Below, one piece after another: positions 12,190-24,078 of a stretch of 64,000 nt of DNA. The stretch spans positions 9,175,215 through 9,239,214 of the forward strand of contig NC_057754.1 of the NCBI RefSeq assembly GCF_004010195.1, written 5' to 3'. Source of the DNA: Chiloscyllium plagiosum (Eukaryota). The notes under the pieces were generated by a model. It was not told the origin of the DNA. It saw nothing but the letters and a program-made list of their open reading frames with translations, and ran no database searches. A program made the translations under genes and the position numbers. Position 1 is the first letter of the stretch, and the number at the start of each line of letters is the position of its first letter.

Positions 12190-12945
12190 AATGACCTAAT
12201 CTCCACTGCTCTCTGAATCCGAAGACTAACAGTATTCAAAGTAATGAATCCCTCCTCATCTCAGTCTTAAATGTGAAACTCTTGACTTTTAAATAGTGGC
12301 TAGAAGTTCAAGATTCCCTGCGAGGAAATAGTCGCTCAGTGTGCACTCTGTCAAGCCCTCCAGCATCTTATACAATTCAGTAAGATCACTTCTCATCCTC
12401 CTAAACTCCAACTTGCACAATCTTTACTCAGAAGACAACCTCTTCATTGCTGGAATCATCTGAGTGAGTCTTCTATGAACTGATTTTAATACAAGTATAA
12501 ACTTCCCTAAGCAGGCAAAACTAGATACAGTAATCCAGGTGCAGATTCACCAGGGCGCTTTGTGGTTTTAGCACTACTTCCTTATTATTATACTGTATCC
12601 CCCTTGCAATTAATACCAAAATTCAATTTGTCTTCAGAATTTCATGCTGTACCAGCATGCTGTTTGAGATTCACATATAAGGATACCCAGATCTCTCTGC
12701 ATTACAGCATTCTGCAGTCTGTCTCCATTCAATAAACTGCTTTTTGTTCTCTCCTACCAAAATGGATACATTCACATCACCCCACATTATAATCCATCTG
12801 TCAAAGTTTTTTCTATTCACATAACTTGTTTGTATCCCTTCACGGACTCTTTATAGCCTGACAAATTGCTTTCCTACTTATTATTGCATCAGCAGTAAGG
12901 TTGCGACACCACAATTGGTGCCTTGATTCAAGTCATTAATATCAG
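12190..12945 (-). mobile_element. CR1 LINE fragment
   Basis: Reverse-strand CR1 RT C-terminal and 3' sequence. Confidence 0.7.
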
Positions 12946-13117
12946 TGGCTGCTTTGATCTCCCTCAATTGTGGATGATATTTGTCTCTGTTCTACTGGAA
13001 TTGGAGATCATCTTGTTCCAAATATAGTTTTGTATCAGACAATGCAGGGAGTAGGGCATTATTCACTCCTAGACCTACACTGAGAGGTAAAACCCCAGAC
13101 AGCTTTATGGTAAAGGT

Positions 13118-13210
13118 TAGTTCTGAAGAAGGTAACTGAACTCAAAACATTGTTTTCTTTCTAGAGATGCTGCCAGACCTCCTGAGTTTTTCCAGCAATT
13201 TCTACTTTTG
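13118..13210 (+). mobile_element. Penelope family C pLTR with decayed hammerhead
   Basis: gttCTGAAGAaggtaactgaactcaaaac...gatgctgccagacctcctgagtttttccagcaatttct. Homologous to 31630 and 35830. Confidence 0.65.
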
Positions 13211-14454
13211 TGTTTGTTAGTAAAGATTTCTGTGGTTCCTGACAGATTCCAGTCAGGATGCTAAAACCCAACTTTCTTACAGTCCAGTCCTGGAGGTTTC
13301 TCACATTGGGCTTACAATCTTCAGCAGAGTGAGTAGTGGAGTAATCTTAGAATAACTGTCAGGATGTGACCCTTGTGGATGTTCCCATTTGTGCATTGTT
13401 GGTTATCCTGTTGTCTCCCACACAATTTCATCTTTATTTAGAGATATCAATTGTATAACTTATCTGAAAGTCTGCTGGAGACAGGCTCAATTGATGCATT
13501 CGTGGATTATTATTTAAATAGAAACATCATTCAGGGTATGAGGAAATGTAGGAGATTGGCATCAATATGCTTCATTGACTTCATTCAGCAATATTGAGAT
13601 TCTGTGAATTGTCCCAGATATTTACAGGCCCCTGTGAACTCATTGTTTTTTATTTTTAATCAAATTTATTTTAAATTAATTAAGATCTGCCTTAAAATAG
13701 TGGATACAAAACAATATCACTTTTAGACTAGAAATATAATTCTGCTGTATTACTTTCAGTCAGGAGTAGATCACAGTTTGACACCAATCTTTGATTTGAC
13801 ATGTTTCCCGTATTCCTTGTTGATCTTCCTGATTCCAAGTAGAGCTATAAAGCAACTATGGATGATGATAGAGAGCGGCTGGGAAATATTTCATACACGC
13901 TTCAGGATTAACTCACACGGGGACTTAACTGTCAGTGAAGAGGTGAGAAAGCCGGTGAGGTTTGGCTCTCCCACGAGATCCTGAAAGACTGTGACCAGGA
14001 TGAAGTTCTGTTCTTGTCAGACAATCCTCTTTCAGCTCCCCCCACCCCAAGACTGTTCTTTCTGACCCTGATTAGGTGACGTTCAACACTCAGATGAGAA
14101 AAAGAAAAAGCAACGAGTTTCAAACCAATTTTTTTTTTCTGCATTTATTCAGAATATTGAATAACAGCTCAATGAGCAAGATTATCAACATGACCAGGAA
14201 AAACATCCAACTATCAGAGTGAAATCATTGGAAAGGTACAGTAAAAATGGAGGCTATTCAGCCTAAGGTGTATGCTGACTGGCCAAAACAGATCTTCACC
14301 TGTTGCTCGGAATCATCTGGCATTTCAAGTGCTGATCCAAGTCTCTCTTTTTTTTTAAAATACAATGAGTTTATCTGCCTTTATAATCCGAACTGACATT
14401 GAGTTCCAGGTCCTGCCATCCTGAGTGAAAAGCTTTCTCCACTCCCATTCTAGG

Positions 14455-14812
14455 TCTTCCATCTTCTATGAAGAGAATAGATAAGATAGAAGCAGGGAGG
14501 TTGTTTCCTTTGGTGGGTGGAACTGGAACAAGACAGCATGGCCTCAAAATAAGGCAGAGCAGATTTAGCTGAGTTGAGAAGGAATTTCTTCTCCCAAAGG
14601 GATGTGAATCTGTGGAACTCCCTGCCCAGTGAATCAGTTGAGGCTATCTTATTGAATGTTTTTACGGCAAAGATAGATGGATTTTTCAATAGTAAAGAAA
14701 TTAAGGGCTATGGTGAGCAGGTGGGTAAGGAGAGTCGAGTCCATGATCTTATTGAATGGCGGAGCGGGCTCAAAGGGCCAACTGGCCAATTTTTGCTCCT
14801 ATGTCTAATGTT
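14455..14812 (+). mobile_element. CR1 LINE 3' end
   Basis: RRNFFSQRDVNLWNSLP motif. Confidence 0.85.
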
Positions 14813-15181
14813 CTGCCAGTTACTGAAAATCTCAATGCCTTGGTCATGGAGTTGTTAATGGAAATAGGTCCTTCCTATCCACTCTGTCTGGCTCCCTCAT
14901 AACTGTATGCACCTCAATTAAAACTTCTCTCAGTCTCCTCTATTCTAAAGAAAACAATCACAGTCTACCTATTCTTTCATCTTAGTGAAAATTCTCCATT
15001 CCTGGAAACATCCTCATTAATGTCTTCTGTATACTCTCCAAAACAATCACACCTATCTTGTAATTGGCAGGCCAGAACTGTACTCAGTGCTCTATCTGTG
15101 GTCTGAGCAATCATCTTGACAGTTCTGGCAGAACCTCCCTGATCTTGCAATTGTCCTGAACATATGTACCTAGACATGGAA

Positions 15182-15445
15182 ACGTAGAATCCTGTGGAAG
15201 CAGGCCAATTGGTCCATCGAGTCCACACTGACCCTCAATAGAGCATTCCACCCAAACCCTCCCCATCCCTGTAACCTGGCATTTCCCATGGCTAATGGAC
15301 CTAACCTGCACATCCCTGGATACTATGGGCAATTTAGCATTGTCAATCCACCTAATCTGCACATTTTTGGACTATGGGAGGAAATCCAAAGACACAGGGA
15401 GAACATGCAACCTCCACACAGTCAACCTAGGCTAGTGCTGCCCAA
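15182..15445 (-). mobile_element. HE1-type SINE
   Basis: Reverse-strand V-domain and tail (gggcaatttagcat...cacatttttggactatgggagg). Confidence 0.8.
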
Positions 15446-15479
15446 CTGTCTTTGGGAAAAAGTTGTTGTCTATTAGAAA

Positions 15480-16150
15480 GATGTAATTAAGCAGAGTTTC
15501 ATGAAAGATAAATCACGTCTGATACATTTATCATAATTATTTGTGGAGGTTACAGGCAGGACAGGGAAACTAGTAGTAGTAAAATACTTGGATTTCTGAA
15601 AGTCATTCAATAAAATACCACACCTTAGGCTGCTTAATAAAGTGAGAACCCATGGTGTTGGGGTTAATAAATTAGCACAGAGGATTAGCTAGCTAATACA
15701 AGACAGAAAGCTGGGATAAGGGGAGGGGTTTCTGAAAGGCCATCTATAACTAGTGGAGTACCACAGGGATCAGAGCTGAGGCCACAAATATTTAAAATAT
15801 ATACGAATGACTTAGATAAGGAAAGTGAATGTAGTATAGCCAAGTTTGCTGATGACACAAAAAATAGGTGAGAAAACAAGTGGTGAGGATGACAGAAAGA
15901 GTCTACAAATATAAATAGGTTACATGATTGCGCAAAAATTTGGCAGACAGGATATAATGTGGAAAAATGTTCAGTTATGCATATTGCAGAGGTGCTGAAT
16001 ATTATTTAAATGGGAATGACTATAGAAAGTGCAGCACAGACAGGGGTCCTCATGCAGAAATCACAAAAAGCTAGCATACAATTTCAGCAAGTAATAGGGA
16101 AAACAAATGAAATATTGGCTGTTACTTCAAAAGTGAATGGAGTATAACAG
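15480..16150 (+). mobile_element. CR1 LINE RT fragment
   Basis: SGVPQGSELRP and AKFADDTK motifs (agtggagtaccacagggatca; gccaagtttgctgatgacaca). Confidence 0.85.
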
Positions 16151-16344
16151 TAGGAAGGTTGACGATTATCTTTTTGAATGGTGCAGCAGACTTGATTGGT
16201 TGAATGCCCTATTTCTGCCCTATATCTTATGGTATAACTAAATGTGTATTCCATGGGACTGAGATGTCCTGCTGTGTCCTTATTCATTCAATTATTAACT
16301 GTATTAACCAAAATAAGCATAGATTAACAGTCACAGTAATACAC

Positions 16345-16830
16345 CATGGAAACAGATGATTCGGTCCACATCCACCATGTTCCCAAACTAAACTAGTCCC
16401 ACTTGCCTGCATCTGGTCAATATCCCTCCAACCTTTCCTATTCATGTACTTATCCAAAAGTCTTTTAAACTTTGGAATTGGACCTGCATCCCACATTTCC
16501 TCTGGCAGTTCATTCCACTCACTAACCACTGTGTAAAAATGTTGCCCCTCATATCCTTTTTAAATCTTTCTCCTCTCACCTTAAAAATATGCCCCCTAGT
16601 TTTGAAATTCCCTTACAGAAAATAATCTTGACTATTCACCTTATCTATGCCCCCCCCCCCCCCATGATTTTATAAACATCTATAAGTTCACCCTTCAATT
16701 CCTATGCTCCAATGAAAGAAATTCCAGCCTATCTAGACTATTTTTTTCATAACTCAAACCCTCCATTCTGGGCAACACCCTGGCTAATGTTTTCTAAACC
16801 CTCTCCAGTTTAGTAATATCCTTTTAACAT
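16345..16830 (-). mobile_element. CR1/HER1 LINE 3' end
   Basis: Minus strand VSEWNELPEE...FKRLLDKYMNRKG. Confidence 0.85.
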
Positions 16831-17642
16831 AAATGAAGGTTCATCTTCATTCCATACTTCATCTTCATACTCACTAATCAGCTTCTTCCATTGGGATTAA
16901 ATCACTTTAGTTTATCAGGAATTAACCAGTATTTTTCTGAACTTGTATTATCTAAACATCTCAAATAGTAAATTACTGAAGAGATCAGTCTTCTTCACCT
17001 ATACTATCTCTTGCTTATTAGTTATCTTTATTCGCTACATTTGATTAAACAAACACACACAAATATCAAATTGACTTCAGTTTTTGTGAATTAAGTCTAG
17101 GCTCCCTTTATAATTAACAACTTATCAGGACTCTCAATGGGCTCACTCTAATAGATGACTGTTAAAAAGATTATTTCAATCAACTAATGAAACTGTTTAA
17201 TGCAGTAACCAGAACTATGTTCTAACTCTAGTTGTGCTCTAAACAGCACCGTTTTCCTGGGTTTTTGTGTTCTAGCCCTTGACTAAGAAAGGATCCCAAG
17301 TGCCTCTTGATCACCCAATCCCCTGTACATCTGCCTTCAGAGATCGGTGGAAAGCATTGCAAGATTTTTTTATTCCTCGACACTCAGTATCCTGCCATTT
17401 GTTGTCCATCCATTTTCTTGTTTGTCCTCCCCAAAGTCATTAACTCACATTTCTGCAGATTGACTCCAATTCACTGCTTTCCTCTTCAATAATCTATTGC
17501 CCTGTTCCTTCAGTTCTTCCTCATTGTCAATCAACTTTAGTCTTCTCCTCAAACTTTTTAATCTTGACCGCAATATTTAAGTCTAATCTTTAATATGTGC
17601 AACAAACTGGATTCCCACAGTAAACAGGCAACCAGCGTCAGT

Positions 17643-18779
17643 TCAGTCTTGGATGTGATTAACAGTGGAATACAACCCCTGCTGTCGCATATGAACTTGC
17701 TGGTGTCTCAAGAGGTTGTTTGACTGAGCAAATCCCTTCCCACACAAGGGGCAGTTGAACGGCCTCTCCCCAGTGTGAACCCGTTGGTGTGTTAACAGAT
17801 TCTGTTTACTTTTAAATCTTTTCTCACAGTAAGGACAGTTAAAAGGTCTCATATCAGTGTGAACAAGTTGATGCGTCGTGAGATGGGATGACTGAGTGAA
17901 TCGCTTGTCACACAGCATGCAGCTGTAGGGTCTCTCCCCGGTATGAACGCGCTGGTGAATCAGAAGGTCGGACGAATCAACAAATTCCTGCCAACACACA
18001 GTGCAGGTGAATGGTCTTTCCCCAGTGTGAACTCGATGGTGTCTCAGCAGATGTGATAAACGAGTGAACCCCTTCCCACAGACAGAGCACATGAATGGCC
18101 TCTCCCCAGTGTGAGTGTGTCTGTGTTTCAGAAGGTCTTTTGTAGTTTTAAATTTCTTTTCACAATCAGGACAATTAAAAGGTCTCTGATCAGTGTGAAC
18201 AAATTGATGTGACAGAAGATGGGATGAACAGGTGAACCCCTTCCCACATATAGAGCAGATGAATGGCCTCTCCCCAGTCAGAGTGCGTTGGTGGTTCAGT
18301 AAATCCTTTTTACTTTTAAAGCTCTTCTCACAGTCAGAACATTCAAAAGGTCTCTTATCAGAGTGAACAAGTTGGTGTGTCAGGAGGTGGGATGACTGAG
18401 TAAATTTCTTCCCACACAGGGAGCAGGTAAATGGCCTCTCACCAGTGTGAGTGCGTTGATGTGTCACGATATCCTTTCTGCTTTTAAAGCTCTTCTCGCA
18501 GTCAGAACATTTGAATGGTCTCTTATCAGAGTGAGCCCGCTGGTGAGTCCGGAGATTGGATAAAGCATTAAATCCTTTCCCACATTCAAGACAAGTGAAT
18601 GGCCTCTCCCCAGTGTGAACCCGCTGGTGTGTATAGAGGCTAGATGACTGAGTGAATCCCTTCCCACATACAGAGCAGGTGAACGGCCGCTCTCCAGTGT
18701 GACTGCGTCGATGTGTTTCCAGCTCAGATGGGTAACTGAACCCCTTCCCACAGTCTCCACACTTCCATGGTTTCTCCAT
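17643..18779 (-). CDS. Tandem C2H2 zinc-finger protein, 13 fingers (finger 6 has His->Leu), short C-terminal tail
   Basis: 378-aa ORF with 28-aa periodicity, starting accATGgag (MEKPWKC). Putative acceptor ttttacag at about 19114. Confidence 0.92.
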   Translation of the reverse strand: MEKPWKCGDCGKGFSYPSELETHRRSHTGERPFTCSVCGKGFTQSSSLYTHQRVHTGERPFTCLECGKGFNALSNLRTHQRAHSDKRPFKCSDCEKSFKSRKDIVTHQRTHTGERPFTCSLCGKKFTQSSHLLTHQLVHSDKRPFECSDCEKSFKSKKDLLNHQRTLTGERPFICSICGKGFTCSSHLLSHQFVHTDQRPFNCPDCEKKFKTTKDLLKHRHTHTGERPFMCSVCGKGFTRLSHLLRHHRVHTGERPFTCTVCWQEFVDSSDLLIHQRVHTGERPYSCMLCDKRFTQSSHLTTHQLVHTDMRPFNCPYCEKRFKSKQNLLTHQRVHTGERPFNCPLCGKGFAQSNNLLRHQQVHMRQQGLYSTVNHIQD

Positions 18780-19489
18780 GGTATGGTTGTCTTTGGGTGT
18801 CCCTAGTTTGGATGATCATTTGAAGTTTCATCTACACACGAGTGTATGGTTCCCATCCACCATGAGTGATGTGATGTAATCAGTAACCACTGTTTCCAAA
18901 GTCAACGCACTGGAACACTCACATTTAGGTGTCTCTGTTTCAGTCCTTTTCCAGTCTCACTGATGTTTGAATTTTTTTGTCCCCCAGAGACAAACATTTC
19001 TTCTTGTACATTCAAAGACCAATGATGTTCATGTCCCCATAAATTGAATGGTTCTGTCAAATCTTGATATTTGGTTTGAATTTACTATCTGCAAATCCAC
19101 TGCTCTGAATACCCTGTAAAAGGAGTTGAAGTATTTAGAATATGCAACAAATAAATTGGCTGTTAGGTCCAACTATTCTGTAGGTATTTACGCATCTCAT
19201 GCTTCTAGTCCCATTCACTCTATGTCACCTCAGCCTTTCAACTGATCTTTCTAATCCCTTTTCTCTCATACATTCATCTAATTTCTTTATTTAAAAGAAA
19301 CTCCTGCCACAACCATTTCCTGTTAATACCACAATCTAATTGCTCTGACAGCTCTTGATCCCAAAAGAGAGAAGAAATTCCTCATCTCAGTCTTAATTGG
19401 CACCCTTTTATTCTGACACTATGCCCTCTGGTCCTAGACTCTCCTTTAAGGTCTGTGAGGGGTGCAGTTCATCCACTGTCTGACAATGA

Positions 19490-19830
19490 ACTGTCCTGTA
19501 ACAGGGTAGGAAGTGATTTCTAGAGCAGGTGAATGGCATCTCCCCAGCGTAAACATACTGACATGCCACCAGGCGTTATGACAAAGTGAATTCCCTCCCA
19601 CAAATCGGGTAGGTGTTGCATCTTTCCTTGGCATGGTGGCGACATTGAGCTTGCAGTTCGGATCTCGAACCGAATTGTTCCACACATTTCCAAGCTGCAT
19701 AATGCCATCTCCAACAAATGTTTAAGTATCTTGTCAGTTCAAACCATGCATTGACCCCTTGTCCACACTTCTAGCACAACAGGTCTCTCAGCACCGTGAT
19801 TAATGTTTGTTTCTTCCATATTTAAAAGCC
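19490..19830 (-). pseudogene. Decayed C2H2 ZNF remnant
   Basis: Minus frame CGREFTLS*RLVACQYVYAGEMPFTCS. The adjacent leader aaagccaatgatattca is homologous to the ZNF leader at 19014. Confidence 0.7.
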
Positions 19831-20550
19831 AATGATATTCAGAACTTGATTAATCAAACCTTGAAGTGATATTTAATTTACTACAAATCTACTTTTCAAA
19901 TTCAGTGTAAAGGTATTTCACAGAAGATGTAACTACAAGCTCAGGATGCAAATTCAGAACTGACATGACTAAGTTTTATGGAACATTTTATTTTCTTTCC
20001 TCTCTTTCCAGCAGAAAGGCTATATTTAAAAGCCAATGATATTCATATCTTGATTAATCAAATCTTGAAGTGATATTTAGATTAGATTAGATTAGATTAC
20101 TTACAGTGTGGAAACAGGCCCTTCGGCCCAACAAGTCCACACCGACCCGCCGAAGCGTAACCCACCCATACCCCTACATTTACCCCTTTACCTAACACTA
20201 TGGGCAATTTAGCATGGCCAATTCACCTGACTTGCACATCTTTGGAGTGTGGGAGGAAACCGGAGCACCCGGAGGAAACCCACGCAGACACGGGGAGAAT
20301 GTGCAAACTCCACACAGTCAGTCGCCTGAGGCGGGAATTGAACCCGGGTCTCTGGCGCTGCGAGGCAGCAGTGCTAACCACTGTGCCACCGTGCCGCCCA
20401 TTTAATTTACTACAAATCTACTTTTCAAATTCAGTGTAAAAGTGTTTCACAGAAGATGTAACTACAAGCTCAGGATGCAAATTCAGAACTGACATGACTA
20501 AGTTTTATGGAACATTTTATTTTCTTTCCTCTCTTTCCAGCAGAAAGGCT
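19818..20550. repeat. Tandem duplication of a ~204-bp unit, second copy interrupted by HE1
   Basis: 19818-20021 is repeated as 20022-20079 plus 20400-20550, nearly identical. Confidence 0.9.
20080..20399 (-). mobile_element. Full-length, young HE1 SINE
   Basis: Complete head gggcggcacggtggcacagtggttagc, CpGs retained, (AATCT)n tail, TSD attta. Confidence 0.95.
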
Positions 20551-20739
20551 GTTCGAGCAGACGGTACACATTCCTGGCTTTTTGCAGGTCACCCAGGCCT
20601 AGGCAAGGTATATTTGCCTAGGGTTATAAGTTACAGATCATGAGGGAAACAACCTTTTTTTGGGCAGGGTAATGAGTTATGAGTTAGAACATAAAGAGAC
20701 CACTACTGATGCTCAAGGACCCTTCAGAAAAAAAGACTT

Positions 20740-21315
20740 ATGCTTTGGATCAAAGGCAGCTGTTCAGGACATTAGCGAGACTGCTTTTAAGATACTGAGA
20801 TCAATTCTGGCCTCGCTGACATGGGAAAGATGTTGTGAAACTTGAAAGGGTTCAGAAAAGAATTACAAGGATGTTGCCAGGATTGGAGGGTTTGAGCTAC
20901 AGGGAGAGGCTGAACAGGCTGGGGCTTTTTTTTTTCCCCCTGCAGCATCAGAGACTAAGGGGTGAACTTATAGAGGTTCATGAAATCATGAAAAGCATGG
21001 ATAAGGTGAGTAGCCCAGGTCTTTTTCTCGACTAGAGGGCAGAGGTTTAAGGTGAGAGCGGAAAGATTTTAAAAAAAGCACCTGAGGGGCAACTTTTTCC
21101 ATGCAGAGGATGGTACACATATGGAATGAGCTGCCAGAGGAGGTGGAGAAGACAGGTACAATTACAACATTTAAAAGGCATCTGAATAGGACATGAATGG
21201 GAAGGGTTTAGAGGGATATGGACCAAATGCTGTCTTAATGGGACTAGATCAGTTTAGGATATCTGGTCGGCGTGAACAAGTTAGAATGAAGGGTCTGTTT
21301 CTATGCTGTATAACT
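20740..21315 (+). mobile_element. CR1/HER1 LINE 3' fragment
   Basis: KLERVQKRITRMLPGLEGLSYRERLNRLGLF. Confidence 0.88.
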
Positions 21316-21679
21316 GTATAAATACATGGGAGACAGATAGGAAAATTACAAATTTGTTATTTCTAAAAGTAACATTTCAATATCGATGAAAGATGTGTAA
21401 AGGGGGTGTGTGCGCTTATGAGTAACTGAGGAACATTGATCACATGGCATTCAGACACGATCAGAGGAGGTATCATTTTGCAGCTCCCCATTCCTCCATT
21501 CTTTCTGTCTCCAAAGTTTTAAATGCCTGTACTTCACGCTCTCCATTCTTCCTGGCTGAAATCCAAACCTATCGCACCATTTCTTTCGTCCACGCCTAGT
21601 TATCTCACTTTCGGTTCTCCAGCTCCTGAGCTCAAGAGTGAGTGATAACCTCAATGATTTTCTCTCTCATCACGAGGAC

Positions 21680-22140
21680 ACAAACCCCGCCTCCCCCGAT
21701 ACTTCACCAAGATGGCCGCCCGTCCGCCTTGCACAGCGAACATACCCCGCCTTCCCTTCACCAAGATGGCAGGTGGCCGGTTACCTGGGTAACCCCTCCT
21801 CCCTCGGCCGCTGGGCTCCCACTCCCATAAGATGGCGGTTAGGGAGCCCGCTCCGCCGGGGTCTGATTCCGCCTGCGGAGGGTAAATACGGGCCTTTGAG
21901 GCCCCAAGCCACCGCCAAGAGTTGAAAAAGTTGCCAGGCCCCAGTACCGTGGTTTCCGTTCCTACCCTCACAATTTCCTCCTGCTGCTCCAACCGTCCAG
22001 TCCTCTTCAGACTGTCCCCATGACTGCCACTGAGCATGCTCAGAGCACAGCCCTCCCCTGCTCCTGCGTATTGGGCTCCTGTATGCATTGGTAGGGGGCT
22101 TTCTGCAGCGCGGAGCAGTCTGGGTATACATTAACGCCAT
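21680..22140. promoter_or_regulatory. CpG-island promoter, probably for ZNF 17643-18779 and possibly bidirectional
   Basis: CpG-rich. Three aagatggc YY1-like sites (21709, 21763, 21829), each after a ccccgcc/cccctcc GC-box-like motif. Confidence 0.7.
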
Positions 22141-22468
22141 CGATTCCCTGGTTGACAGTTAATTCTCCTGGAATCCTAATCGGGAAAATGTACAGAATAA
22201 ATACTACAGTTAGGAAGACACGCAAATGCATCGTGTGTATTTCGGGTGGGTGATGGTCTAGTGGTATTATCACCCAGCTACACACTCATTCCTGTTACAA
22301 ATGAAAATGTGCAATTCACCCACTTCCCGTCCCAATCTCAGATTGGGAAGGCTGTTTGCTCCCAGCGCAACCGTATTCAATACATTTTTGCACGTAGCAA
22401 TAAGGGTTGTACAGATTCCAGTCTCAATGCGATGCAAGGAGATGGTTGACCAAAAAGATTCCAGTTGT

Positions 22469-22751
22469 TCAGTAGCTGAATCCGAAGTGCAGCCCTGGTA
22501 TTTCAGAGCACGCACCACATCCGTAGTGACCGTCTCTCACTTGGCAAGTCCAGTATTGGTAACTGCATTCCAATCGCACTTTTCAGGAAGATTTTCAGCA
22601 TGCTCACACATCCCAAGATCCGCTTGATCCCAGCATGGCAAGCCAAGTGCCAGATTGTTGATGCCCTTGACATGATCACAAAACACTTTGCGGGGTTCAC
22701 TTTCCTCGACACTTTACCGAGCACTGTGCCTCCTTTCTTTCTGCCAGACAT
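22469..22751 (-). pseudogene. H4: Histone H4 pseudogene
   Basis: Broken frames MSGRKKGGTVLGK...RKVFCDHVKGIN...IWHLACHAGIKRILG...MLKIFL...AVTNTGLAK*ETVT...DVVRALKYQGCT...GFS align across the whole of H4 (MSGRGKGGKGLGK...DVVYALKRQGRTLYGFGG), with indels and a stop. Confidence 0.9.
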
Positions 22752-23124
22752 GAGGATTCCTAAATCAGAATACTGAAGAATGAGTGTTATGCAGCCCTGA
22801 GAAAGGCAGAGTGAGAGTAGGGAGATAAGGAGGTAATGTGAAGTTTAAATGGACCGTAGGAGGAAGGACAGTCACAGACTGACAGAGGGACAGTGGCCCC
22901 TGATCTTTCAACTTTACATCCAGTTTTTTACAACACCCAAATTCAACATTTTATTGTAATTTATTCGTGGATGTGGGCATTATTGTCCATCCCCAGCTGC
23001 TCTGGAGAGGGTGGTAGTGAGCTACCTTCTTGAAAAATAGCTGACTTTGGGGTGCAGGGACATCCACAGTGCTGTTAGAAAGTTCTAGAGTCTTAACCCT
23101 TACAAACCTTCACAGAAAAGAATA

Positions 23125-23475
23125 GAATCATCGAATCCCTAGTGTTGAAAGAGGCTATTTGGTCTATCAAGTCTGCACTAATCCTCCGAAGAGCATTCCA
23201 CCCAGACCAAACACCCACCATATTCCGTAACCCTATATCTACCTTGGATAATCCTCCTAGCCTGCACATCGTTCGTCACTATAGGGCAATTTAGCATGGT
23301 CAATCCACCTAACTTGTACATGCTTGAACTATGGGAGGAAATCAGAGCATCCAGAGGAAACCCACACAGACGTGAGCTGAACATGCAAATTCCCATATAG
23401 ACAATTATCCAAGGTTGGAATCAAACAAAGGTCTCTGGTGCTGTGAGGCAGCAGTGTTTACCACTATGCCCACCT
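23125..23475 (-). mobile_element. HE1-type SINE, diverged
   Basis: Reverse head gctgtgaggcagcagtg...ccactatgccc and V-domain. Confidence 0.8.
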
Positions 23476-23699
23476 ACAACCAGGTAATCAAGAGCTCCCA
23501 TAAACTGGAAGCTTTTAATTGCTGCCCGCTATAATAAACTGTCAGTAATATTCTGACCTAAGCACAGTGGGACATTCTAAGATAGGAAACATTGGTTATA
23601 ACATCTTCATCCTTTTACCTGTATTGTTCCAGCAGTTACCAGACACCTATTACAACTGTTACAAGATAATAATGCTTCAAACAAAATGTGTCTTTTTCA

Positions 23700-24078
23700 G
23701 CAATATGTTCACAACAGGGAGAAATGATACCTGTGTGTGCATGGATAGGACTTCAGCTGAACATTCAACCTGGAAAGACACAAGGATGCTCACACAAAAG
23801 AGAAACCATGGAAATCTGCAGACTGTGGTAAAGGATCCAATTATCTGGTGGAAACTCATCAACATAGTCACATTCAGAATGAGAGATTTAAAATTTAACT
23901 GCATCTGCTGACACATCAGTGAGTTCATACTGGGGACAAGTCATTCAACTGCACTTTGTGTCAGAATGGATTTGCTCAGGCAAACAACTTCCTGAGATAC
24001 CAGCAAGTTCACACACAACAGCAGCGGTTGTATTCCACTGTTAATGCTGCTATTCACCACATCCAGGAATAAACCATG
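23700..24078 (+). pseudogene. Internally deleted C2H2 ZNF pseudogene, paralog of 17643-18779
   Basis: RHKDAHTKEKPWKSADCGKG...HLLTHQ*VHTGDKSFNCTLCQNGFAQANNFLRYQQVHTQQQRLYSTVN, matching both ends of the 378-aa gene. Confidence 0.85.

Noticed and set aside
20598-20623. Small palindrome cctaggcaa...ttgcctagg
   Set aside because: Single short inverted repeat with no supporting context.
21638-22140. Overlapping ORFs in GC-rich islands (also 35297-36042, 44526-44903, 62842-63661)
   Set aside because: Stop-poor CpG islands give ORFs in many frames, with no recognisable domain.
22430-22468. Histone 3' stem-loop after the H4 copy
   Set aside because: No intact GGYYYT-TTTY-AGRRCC hairpin could be recognised.
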